A DNA stretch of 64,000 bases from assembly GCA_023920165.1 (NCBI GenBank), contig CP089276.1:2232001-2296000 (forward strand). Direction: 5' to 3'. The DNA is from Curvularia clavata (lineage: Eukaryota). This document shows positions 52,643-64,000 of this stretch, in pieces. How positions within the stretch are numbered: the first letter of the stretch is position 1; the number at the start of each line of letters is the position of its first letter. The position numbers and the translations under genes were made by a program. The notes beneath the pieces were generated by a model that searched no databases, was not told the DNA's origin, and saw only the letters and a list, made by a program, of their open reading frames with translations.

Positions 52643-53455
52643 GTTGCAGCACACTCTGGAGATACATGACTCCAGCCTCTGCCATTTATAACCTCAAGCA
52701 GGCTACCTGGTCGATCCTTCATTCATCTGGGCCGAGTGCATACTGCTCGTAAGTCGGTCCGGGGCCCGTCTGCAGTGAACTGGGTACGTTGTATTTGATA
52801 ACGGGCTGTGTGTACTACTTCAACATCTTCAGCTGGGAGGTGCATGGTGCATAGAATAGCATATGCTTATTTGCTGGTTTAGTGTCTCGGTGAGGTCTCG
52901 TATGTTGAGTTCTTTTGTGGGGCAAGAGACCAATGATCGCCAGCATATATATGAAACCTTGCAGGTAGTTGCGGCAGATATCTTAATATAACTCATTGAA
53001 CATATATTGAGCTATGTCACTTGCAATATACCATTGTTGGTGGTGGCTTTGCGGTACTGCGGAAGATCTGCGGGGTGGCAATTGCAGAAGATTAGCGAGC
53101 TTCTAGAGAAGCAGTAACTCGAGTTGGATGCACACATCATACGTTTACCTACACGTGGTGCTGTACTTGACTCTAGCCTGGGGGCTATTGGCTTCTTCAG
53201 CCTGTGGGTAATGTGTAGACTCCACCCGTAAAACCCGTCAGTCAGCAACAACTTAGACTGCATAGCTGTATGATGATGCGCGAACGACCATGATCTGTTC
53301 ATAAGTAGCATGAGAAAAACATGAATGACTTTGGAAAAGTTAATGATCGTGCTCAAAGGGTTCCCTCATGCAGTTGCTGAAGTCGGAGTTGATTCAAGGC
53401 CATCTATGTCACGTAGAACCTGTTCACTTTGCCGCCACCATATCCATTGATGTGC

Positions 53456-54429
53456 CTACCTGCCCATGCTGTTGATCATCTCCCTCTGAGTGGCGCGGTC
53501 CTTGTTGGTCTGGCTAAGCGACTGAAGACTCCTCAGGTCTCCAACAACATCCTTGGCCTTGCCAAAGTAGACCTCTTGCAGCAGATTGCGCATCTTGAGC
53601 TCCATGTCTTCGACCATCTTGCCAATGTTGGCAACGTGCGAGGTGTCATCCTCGACGGCCATGTCAGCTTCGACCTGGCGCACCATGTTACCGGAAAGGT
53701 CGAGGCCACCGAGCGCCTCGCTGTCGGTGCCGAGAGAAAGGATGACGGTCGAAGTCAGCTTGTAGTGCGAGGTTCGGGCGCGATCTTGGGCGTCAAAGAC
53801 GTGAATGCTGTCCCAGCTGCCGGAGCTCTTGGGGGTGGGGTTGACGGCTGTTGTCCATGTGTTAGCATTCAGTCGGCAGTGCTGAACCCAAGGGGGCATG
53901 CATACACTTCTTCAGCAGTACGCAGCCTGCGAAGCCATCGTCCATATCCCAGAGGTAAACGCTCGATATGCCGCCCTCAAAGTACCTGCCCACGTTAGCT
54001 ACCGCAACCCCGCCATAGGTATGCCCAAGCCCCGCATGCACTCACAGCTCTCTATACACATCAAAAGCCTCGTTGGCTTTGATCTCCATCTTACGGACGC
54101 GATCACTAGGCGTGACGCCTTCGTCGATGGGCGGCTCAAACTCGTTGCTCCACGGACTCCGCCAGCTGTCGCCGTCGCGGTTGTAGTCGCAGCACAGAAA
54201 GTCGCGCTTCGTCTTTGAGCATTTCTTCACGGTAAGCGGGATATCGACGGATTCGAGCAAGTCCTCTTCAAGCGAGGGGTTGAGCTGGATAATGTGGTCG
54301 ACATTGCGCTTGACGTCCTTGGGGTCTAGTCGGCGGAGCAGGTCACTGCAGTCGTGTCAGCTATGACGGCAGACCAGATGTTGGGGTTGCGATGATTCCT
54401 TACAGGGCGCTGTCAATTGGGTCCGCCAT
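53456..54429 (-). CDS. CAP2: F-actin capping protein beta subunit
   Basis: [63 protein letters not shown]. Confidence 0.96.
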
Positions 54430-55366
54430 TTTTCTGTGTATTGCCCGAAACGAGGCGGACGTGGTGAAGGTTGGGTTGCTTGTGTATCGTTTCTGGGTGC
54501 CAACACCTTCGAATGTCTCGACCTCCGGCGATTCGGCCGCGTGGGGTGGGCATTGCTTGCGCGAGTCATGCGCATACACGCCTGGGTAGTCCATGGTCAC
54601 AACGCATTGAAGCCTCGCCGTTGCTCAAGTCATTAAATTTTCATATATTGAAATGCTCTTGCATTGGGTTTTGTTCACATACTAGGCTTCAGTCTTGTTG
54701 CGCATTTTACAGTAGCCACGGCTCACTCACTCACTTATTCACACAGCAGTCGCGCCCTTCACTAACCAGAGAGGAACTAAGACCTTATGTAAATTAACAG
54801 ACACTGCTAAATACCATACTGTAGACACTCAAAAGTTGTGTTTTGTTAAGTTTGGCTTTTTCTGCGAAACTCAAGAATGTGCTAACGATTCGGATTCTTC
54901 AACTACGACCCTTCATCATCTATTAAGTGAACAGGCTGGAATATTCATCTTTTCATGTGTTTTCTAGGACAAATCAGCACAGCAGTCCTTCGGCAATCTC
55001 ATCTTTACATCCCAATCACTCTTCGTCGTACTTTTTCTACGCTGAGTGTACGTGAAAACTAGTCGTCTTACCTTCACTTTGCTCATGGACGGTGCACGTA
55101 GGCGCTTAATAAGCGCCCGACCAATTGTTTGCTATGCTCATGAGTATCGAGACGTCATCCTCAAGGTAATATCACAGCTCACATATCACATGCGCAGGTA
55201 GCACTTCTGTGGCATTCCGCTGCACTCACCTTCACTGTCCGATATCACTCTCGCTACATATATAAACCCTAGAATTCTGCTGCTTCCCCAAACCTCTTCA
55301 ACTCCCTACTTCTCTCATTACAAACTGACATACTCAACCATACCCATCAACTTCCACATCGATAAC

Positions 55367-56018
55367 ATGTCTGACACCGAGAAGACCGCTACTGTCAGCC
55401 CTTCTCCCTCGTTCACCGAGCGCGAGCTTCAAATCCTTGGTTGGGCTATGCAATCGCTCAGGTCCGGTCCTCCAGAGGTGGGTTATTATCATGGCACCTA
55501 TATACACTGCTGTCGTGTCCTTCCCCTGTATCACACTCACACAAATCCCAGATCGATTACGACAAGCTTGCTGCCTTTGCCGGCATGAGCAACCCACGCT
55601 CTGCTAGCAACACCTGGGCAAAGATCAAGGCCAAGCTGCTGAACCCAACTCTTGAGGGCGCAGTTCCAGCCACTCCTAAGAAGACTCCACGCGCCAAGAA
55701 GATTGCTGCCCCCAAGGCCGACAGCGACGAGGGCGACGTTACTCAAACCCCCAAGAAGACTCCTCGCAAGCGTGCTCCCAAGAAGCAGGATGTCGATGGA
55801 GAATCGTCCCCCAAGAAGAAGCCGGCTCGCAGCAGGAAAGCCCCTAGCGATGAGCGTAAGTACCTCTTGCTATACGGCATGACGATTTCCTGCAATGCTA
55901 ACCTTGCGAAGCTATCAAGTCTGAGACCGAGGAGACTGGCGACGCTGGCATGGCTGGCATGGTTGACGAGGATGATGCTGTTGGATCCGATGATGAGATA
56001 TTCAAGACTGAGGTCTAG
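55367..56018 (+). CDS. Small K/P-rich protein with helical N-terminal domain (histone H1-like composition), 3 exons
   Basis: FTERELQILGWAMQSL|IDYDKLAAFAGMSNPRSASNTWAKIKAKL, TPKKTP repeats, acidic last exon ending TAG 56016-56018. TATA-like tataaa at ~55263. Confidence 0.75.
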
Positions 56019-57214
56019 AGGCTGTTGGAAAACTCCAAGGTATGTTGCACATAGGTGATTTTCCCTAATTCTCGTTTCTTATTTCGCCTGTATTGACATC
56101 TTTCTTTGGCAAAGCAGCCGTTACTTCGCCTGCGCGTGCGTCACGATCTAGCTGATAGCTTCGGACGGCGTCTTCGGTAGACCAACTAGCGAAAGGGGAA
56201 GGATGAAGAAATACATTTGGGGTTTCTTTTCTGTGGAGAATAAATACACAGAATAGTGGGGAGTTCTGACCGAAAAGTATGACATGGAAGGTGGATGATT
56301 GAGACATACCTCCTGGTGTCACGAATCTGTCATACAAGGTACATGAGACTGCACATAAGTTTATGCATTCCTCAACTTCAACTGCCCTGGTGCCTTCTTC
56401 TTGTCCATGTGCTTCACACGGTGCCTTTCAATGGCCCTACAGAAATCGGTCTGCTTGATACTTCCAGCACAACGTGTATATGGGTTTCTCAGAAATGTTC
56501 ATTAACCATTAGCCTAGTCACATCTACTTGGTCAGACACACGACCTCCAAGTCCGCCAATATGACTTGAAATATCTGTTAGGCTTAAAGCCTACCCTGCA
56601 TTCACATCCACTTCTTCCCGTAATCATAGTACATTATCCTCTAAGCTTGCTGACCTGAGTCCTTGACGTCTCTGGCATCCTCTCCCCGTCTGCCCGTAAC
56701 TACTCTCCTCTCTGTTGTCAGCTTCCTCTTGCTACTCTGCATCGAGTTAAGTCTCCATGTATCCAGATTGGCTGGGTTCGATGGTGCAATGGGGGCCAAG
56801 ATGAATATGCCATGGAACTCCGGCTTCATTTCCGCTTCCCCAACAAACACGGACAGTCGAGTTTTCCCTACAGCAAGCGCTTGAACATCTAATCAGCTCT
56901 ATCTTTGTGTTTGTACATGGAAATGATGTTCTGACAGATCAGGCGGTGACCAATCGGGCCTAGTTCAACCTATTTCCAGACTCATAGCGTGAAGCAATAG
57001 CAAACGACGAAGCAAATCTCATGCCTGTAATAGACAAACTTGGCTTGTCGTGGAAGCTCCGGAACCGTATGCTGTAGGCCGTACCCGTGTATATACTGCG
57101 GGATAGACTGTAGAAATTGGCTCTCTCCATTCCCTTCTCTTTACTTCCTTTAGTCAACCTCGTCATTCGAGACCTGCACAAAGATTTTTAAAGGACAAGA
57201 ATACAGGTTCCATC

Positions 57215-57565
57215 ATGTCGTCGCAGAACACGTCTTCAAGCTCCGGCTCCAGCTCCTCTGGCAGGACCAGCTCTGTGGTAACGAACCACGGCACCAACAA
57301 TGAGGCAAGCTCCTGGATCGGTTGCATTACCCAGCATCGTACTAATCATCTGTCCAGGGAAACCACTGGTGCACTCGCGAATCTAGGCCGGGCGACACAA
57401 ATTCCAACCCTTATCATTATTCCAACCGAGATGGTTCATACTACTACAGTAACTCGAATGTGAGTTGAAGCGGAAGGGCGGTGTAGGCGTGTACTAATGT
57501 AGCACAAGGGCTCGAGGTACTACAACGACGGCCAGGGAAACGCGCGATATACTCCTGGCAAATAG
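57215..57565 (+). CDS. Small (~80 aa) S/G/N/Y-rich fungal hypothetical protein, 3 exons
   Basis: Spliced ...GTNNE|GNHWCTR...PYHYSNRDGSYYYSNSN|GSRYYNDGQGNARYTPGK*. The first intron is GC-AG (57305-57357). Confidence 0.78.
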
Positions 57566-60500
57566 ACATGCTTCTTCTCCTGTAAGGCGTGTCTTTTGCA
57601 AATAGAGATGGCAATGAACGGGCAAGGTGGAGGAAGTTAGGAGCAGACAGAACAGATCCATGCGATGTTTAAAGTATGCTCAAATGGCATTAGTTCCAGT
57701 CTAGCTCGGCAGCATGCAACCACCACACCCGTGACGCCACACATGAGGATCCTATAACTGCGTCATTGCTACCCTTCTGATCAAGACCACACACCGCACC
57801 GTTACACTACGTCACCAAGCCACCCTGGCTACATTGCTGATCGTCTTGCTCCCACCCCCAAGCCCTTTTCCTTACCCTATACAGCAACTGTCGAAAACAG
57901 GCGTGAAATGGTTATATTAAGTCTCTCCACACGCCCAGTCTTCTGTGTCGGACATACTGCGGAGATACCAAGTCGGTCTTTCTGGTACGCCCCCAAGACG
58001 CTCGGCATTTGCACACCCCAACGAACGGCGCTGAGACACGGTCCGTCGCAAGTGACAAGCCAGCACAGATGCTTGGGCACAGTAAATCTTTCTTGCTACA
58101 ATGAGTAACTGTCGATTCCAGGCGCGCATCTTGGCCTCTTGGAAATTGCCCCTTCTAGCAATCTGTTGAATATAGGTCGCTGTCTTGGTAAGGAAGCTTG
58201 TCTATCATTTTGCTGACACGAAGACGGAACGAGAACTTTGTTCTCGCTGCCTCGTACGAGACGAGAATCTCTTTTTCGTAGGCAGCAACGTGAAGTAGGC
58301 CCATGGTGGATGCCTTCCTCCATCTGGTCCTCTGCGCATTTTTTTCACAGAGATTAACTATGTGCCGTGCAACGGACACTACACACAGTGTCTAATACAA
58401 GAAAAAAAATCTCCGACTACCATCAACCCTATGGTGTTTTTACCCAAAAGAGTAGGTGTCGAAAAGAGGACTCATGGCTTGTCAGACTTGGCTTTTGTGA
58501 AACCAGCACAAGCGTGCCAGAGATCTTCAGCTTTGTTTTACTGTGTCGGGCAGGTGTGGAATATAGGCGTACAGAGCCTCTTTTCTGCGTAGTCATGCAA
58601 AGCGGAGCCTGTGACGATCAGTATCCATGTTCTGAAGATCATATTGCTTTTTCGTTGCACTACGACATGGTATGTGCGACGTAGCTGTTGGACGACAATT
58701 ATGCCTTGCTGTCGCTCAACTTGCAAAACGTTATTACGGCAGCATACTCAAAGGCGACGAAAAAGCACAAACTCGTGACACACGGAGTTGTATGTACAAT
58801 ATCAATACAAACCGCCACAAACTATCCCCATCTGCAGAGCACAGGCATCAAACACGTCTCACAACAGCCCTGTCTCATTCAGCGATACACATTCACGATT
58901 GCTCAAAAAGAAATATCCAATCTGCACCTTGGCCTACCCAGAAGGGTAACCATGAAAAGTAGGCGTATTCCTTCGCTTTATCTTGCATGTTTCCCGCCTG
59001 GCCCAGCCCTACATTAAGTTTGCCAGGTATGCCAAAAGCAAAAAGGCACGGTGCGTGTTGGAAACTTTACACCTAGCTGACATGGCTGGCCGCATAAGCA
59101 AAGCAGAGCACGGGGTCCGTCAGCGCCGGTCCCCTAACCATGACGCAGCAGCGCCGAGTCAGACACGAAAAAAATTATTCGATACCAAGCTTTCACCCAT
59201 TTACCACGAAGAGTAGGTACAGAAAATAGGAAGCAAGCTTGGTATACCATATCGAGTAGGCATTGAAAATAGGCGTGTAGCTTCTCCTCTTTCCAACATG
59301 GCCACCCCCTCTCTTTCCCCCTCCCCGCCGTGCCCGCTCCACCTGCCCCCCCCCCCTCGCCTCTCCTCATCCCAAGGACAATCTCAATCCATGATGAACA
59401 AGATAAGTCATTCAGGCCAACAGCGCCACATACGCACTGCGACTCTAATCTGCGGCTCCGAGCAAGCCTCCACCTACCGAATCCAGCAACTTACTTGCAT
59501 GCTGTCGAAAACAGGCGCATTTGTTCTCCTCACCTCGGGACATCACCATACATCCACCCCTCTTTTTTTCTATGCTATTATCATTTACTCCTCACCTTCA
59601 GTCCAAAAAAGTCCACGTCAAGACCAAAAAAAACCCCCCCACCCCGCGCTACTTTCCTCTTCCAACCCTCTCCCCTCCTTTCTATCCTGTGCGCAATCAT
59701 GAAACCCCCTCTTTCGCTGAAACCCCCCACTGTAACTTGGCTTCTTCTCTGCCGTACCACCGTCTCACTCAAACTCTCAGGGTAAATAAGCACAAACCCC
59801 CGCGCCCCTTCACATTTCACCCAATGTAACAAGGGTGTGAGAGCAAGAACTTTCCTCAAAAGGAAACCCATTGAAAGTAGGCGCGTGTCTTGTCCTTCCT
59901 TGGGAGAAAGCTTGTCTCTAGAGGACTGCGAATAGGATCGCCGCGGAGGTAGGTTAAGGCAGAGACACTTTGTGAGACCAAGACCGATATCCCTTTCCCC
60001 CACTTACGCCTAAAAGAGAGACAAGGGCAGTTCAAAGGGAGGTTGGTAAGTGCCGGTGTGGGGTCGAGTCTACATATTACTGCCGAGCATTTTTATGACG
60101 CTGCGACGATCTCTCGGCTTCATATGTGTGTATTGATGTACTTATCCATGTGGGAATACGAAAGGAATTGCCTAGACAATAAATTATGTAGGCTTGAGAA
60201 AGCAAGTATCCCGTGTGCAAGTCTACCGAGAGCGATAAGGGAGAGCAAGTGCGGGTCTAATGACGTAGGGCAAGAAAAGACGGCGGCGGTTGGCTTTCAC
60301 AAAAAAAAAGTGTCTGGGCTGGACTGGGCTGAGGGAAATCGGGAAAAGTGTACCCTTGGCCCAGGCAAAGAAGATGCAGAGGTGTCGGCAAGATAGGAAT
60401 TCCTAGTGGAGAGAAGAGGTGCGGTGAACCATGCGACGGATATTTTACATCGTGAATAAGCACACTACGTATACCATACGTATCAAAATAACATGTGCAC

Positions 60501-60641
60501 TCCTATGCCCAATGCCGTGTACCATAGCAAAAGAAAACTCCATCATAATTGTATCCCACCCTTCCTCAAAACGCCCAAAACTATGCAAAAGTCTTCACAT
60601 CCCGAACGCGCTCAGTGTCTAAAAGAAAAGAATCGGAAAGA

Positions 60642-62641
60642 TCAAAGCTCATCCCGCCTGGGGATACGAATTTCCCAGCTTCTTGGCCCAGGCACAAATC
60701 CCATCCACCAATTGTACACTCGTCGCATCTCGAGGATGAAAATCTTGGTACTGTATTCGCATCCTTGTTAGCTCACCATCATCCTAAATATCTCCTCCCC
60801 GCCAAGAAAGAAAAGAAAAGGTCGTAGGAGCAAGGATAGACTTACAATCTCGATGGAATCTGCGTCCACTGATACAACACAAAATAAATTGTCCTCTTGA
60901 CAAGGTTGAACTCTGCCTTAACTTCGTCCCAGACAGACATATTCTGCGTGTTCCAATTGCGCTCGAAGGATGGAATTTCATCGTCGCCTGTCAAGACATT
61001 GATGGGTTTCTGCTCTTCGTCTTCTTCAAGTACGAGCTTCGCCTTTCGAGCGCCCTCGTTGGTCTCGGGAAGCGCAGGCGCGACGCCCTCGCGCTCGCCA
61101 ATCATGCGGCGGAACTCTTTGATCGCGGAGAGAGAATGCGAGAGCCGGTTCATGGTGTTAATGAGGGCGACGAGCTCGGTGCGGCGGAGCGGCGGGTCCT
61201 TGGAGGAGTCGTTCTCGTCGAATTCAAAGAGTACTTTCAGCGCTGTTCCGTAGCCGTTGGTCTGCAATTTACCCCAGAGACGGCACTTGTCGCAGCCGAC
61301 GCAGTCCATGATGCGGCTGACGTTCCTGAAGCGATTGCGGAAATCTTCTTTCAGGGCCACGGTATCTGGGTCTTGGAACATGACGGTTTCGTCGAAGATT
61401 TCGGGGCCGGAGGGGATTGCGGATGCGAGACGGAGGACTGAGTTTTTGGTGCGGAGGTCTTGTTCTGGGTCCTCGGAGCAGAACGAGTAGTCGGAAATGT
61501 GTCGCTTGATCTTGCCTACTGCGCGCATAACCAGGGCGTAGTTGAAGTAGATGTTGGAAATGCGCTCTGGGTACTTGTGGAGACGCTCTTCGTAGCAGGC
61601 CAAATTGGGTCCCCACTGGCCCGTTGTCTGGTTCAGATAGTCCCAGCACAGATGCGTAGATATGGATGCGTGCATGCCTGAGATGACACGATGGAAAACG
61701 CGCTTTTCCAGACAGGTGTTGTCGAACTCCACAGGGTCGAGACTCTTCACAACGGAACCTTGAGCAATGGCAGATTGAAATTTCTGCTTCTGTCCCTGCT
61801 CTTGCATGACGTTGCGGAGCTGGTTGGCCGCTTGCAACTGTTCCTGGTTCCCGAAGCCGCCAAAAGGCGAGTTAGGCGGAGATGACCCGCCCGTCGCAGG
61901 GGAAATCTTGGGTGGCTTGCTGAAGCAGTTTTCGCGGTAAATCGCCTCCCAGACTTGTTGAGCTCCTACACCAGCGTATCCCGTAAAGCGTTCTGGGTTG
62001 TCTACCAACGACACATAATCACCCTTGGCGGTCGCCGACTCGTCGTCTGGTACGCAGTAATCACGCTCGTCGCATTCATCGTCATATTCCACCACACAGC
62101 TCTCATCCACGTCTTCGCCCAACTCTCCTTGTAACGGTCGCTTCGGTTTCTCCCTTTGTTGCTTCTTTCCCGGGTGCTGCGCCGTCGGCCCCTCAAGCTT
62201 GCCCAGCTCTTTTGCGCGCCAGACGAGCGGTATGTCGTCCTCATTCTCCAATGTATTCACCGCGCATGCGACATTTCCGCACATTCCATTCTCATCGTCC
62301 CAGAAGGGGCATTTCTTGCTGTATAGGCTCAACCGGTAGTGTGAGAAGAAGTCGGTGTTCTGGGTAATGGAGTTGAGGTAGGGGTGTATAGCGTCGTTGA
62401 GTTGCTCGAGGGTACTGTAGCTTGCGCATGCGTCTGATACTATGGCCCCAGGCGATATCTGGAATGTAGGCTTAGCGCTCTGGTCCTCGACAGGACTGGG
62501 TGCACATAAAGAATGATTGCTTACGTCGCAAACGTTTGGCGGAGGACTAGCCGCTTTTGAAGGCGCCGCATGGCTTGAAGCGCGCGAGTTACCTAGCAGC
62601 GCGAAGACTGTCAGGTAGAACACATGCGCTGCGGAGCGCAT
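60642..62641 (-). CDS. ERO1: ER oxidoreductin 1
   Basis: CPFW..CGNVACAV, NPERFTGY, SGMHASISTHLC, IMDCVGCDKCRLWGK. The last exon ends RRDEL*. Two introns. Confidence 0.96.
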
Positions 62642-63297
62642 GGTGGTACAGTTCCGTCTGTAGTACTAGTCCTCCGATCAGCAAACGTTTGCAACAGGCG
62701 TCTTGGTGACGTGGAAAGATTCGAAGCTTACAATTACGTCTATCCCGAGTATATGAAGCGGCTCGGGAAATTACAGGCCGAGAGAATGTGTGGGGAATGC
62801 GAAGAGGCCAGCGTGTATGTATCAAACGCAGTGATTAATCCAGCGAGGATCCTGGCTGTGGCGGTGCGAGTTTTGCTCTGTTTGGGAAATGCAGACTGAA
62901 AGCAGATTAATCTTTGATGAGACGCCTGAGTCTAGTCCGCAAGCACAAAGGGCCAGAAGTGAAAGATACAGAAGGAGCGAATATACTAATATATTAAATG
63001 GGTAGCTTGGCTCTTGGTTTCAAATCACACGTTGATGGGGCCACTGCGTGGATCCCCGAGCTTGTAGCAATGTGGCCATTACCAGAGATGTGGCGGTGGA
63101 TCCCCGATGGACCCTGGCATAAGGCTGGAGGGGCAAAAGGCTGATGTTCGACGGACCACTCTTCGTGCAGGATTGAATGAAACCCAGCAAATACCAAGCA
63201 ACCGAACAAGAAAAAGAAAAAGAGATAGGGATAAAGAAGAGATAGTAGTTTGTTGTACGTTGTTGGCGGATTTTCGACCTACTCAACGCCTCAAATC

Positions 63298-63918
63298 ATG
63301 GCCGAACCCACACAACCACCTACTGGTAGTTGGACTGATGCATTTCCCGCGCCACGGATTACTGCGCCCTCGATATCACGCGAGGACGTCCTGTCAGATC
63401 TGTCCTCTCCCGAATTACTGCTCGTGGATGTGCGACGCACCGACTACGAGGGTGGCACCATTCGCGGAAGCATCAATCTGCCTGCGCATTCGTTTTACAT
63501 GAACAGGGGCGTCTTGCATGACCTGTGCCGACGGGCTGGCGTCAGGAGAGTTGCTTTTTACTGCGGTGAGTTTATGGTTTTTACCTCAACATAATCCTTG
63601 TGTGCGAGGAGGCATTGGTAATATCATCAAATGTTGTACGCGCGTGGCGTGAGGTGCATGCCACTTGGAAGTCTGTCTTGTTGAAATACGACTGCATATG
63701 CATATACAGGCCAGATTGGCTAAGATGCACTAGGATCATCCAACGGGAGAGGCCCCAGGTGTTCCGGCTGGTTTGCAGACTACATTGCAGAAAAAGGCGA
63801 CGACCAGATCACGTCGTTGACATTGACCGGAGGCATTAAAGGTTGGGTCAAGGCTGGCGAACCTTTTACGCAGAACATGGATGGTTTCGAACCAGAGTAC
63901 TGGAAGCAGTTCAATTAG
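63298..63918 (+). CDS. Rhodanese / Cdc25-like phosphatase-arsenate reductase (Ych1/Acr2-like)
   Basis: VDVRRTDYEGGTIRGSINLP; spliced active site FYC|GSSNGRGPR (CX5R); LTGGIKGW. Confidence 0.88.
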
Positions 63919-64000
63919 ACCTTTTCAAAAGCAACGAGGCATCGGTAACATCAGTATTCTCGATTAAGTGCGAAATGGGTATTTTACATGAACGTCGTAT

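Overview
Gene-dense, intron-containing DNA from a filamentous ascomycete (GT..CTRAC..AG introns; gene content suggests a Dothideomycete, which is an inference). About 21 protein-coding genes are supported. Most are housekeeping: SDC1/DPY30, RPS13, PEX13, a UBE2W-like E2, SSB-type Hsp70, an MPD1-like PDI, VTA1, VPS33, RAX2, CAP2, ERO1 and a rhodanese. There are also an SDR, an MFS transporter, a secreted FAD oxidoreductase, a Zn2Cys6 factor, a matrixin and one nonsense-riddled pseudogene. The standout is a 5.0-kb TA-flanked element (8954-13984) with diverged ~515-bp inverted arms and pogo/Fot1-like termini. It has no transposase; its only cargo is an intact, intronless HET-NB-ARC-TPR fungal NLR gene, and it sits between the 3' ends of SDC1 and RPS13. 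Two intronic snoRNAs can be read from the sequence. One is an H/ACA RNA in VPS33 intron 2 whose ACA box coincides with the branch point. The other is a C/D RNA in a spliced non-coding host gene divergent from RPS13. Exon boundaries and alignments were done by eye; no searches were run.
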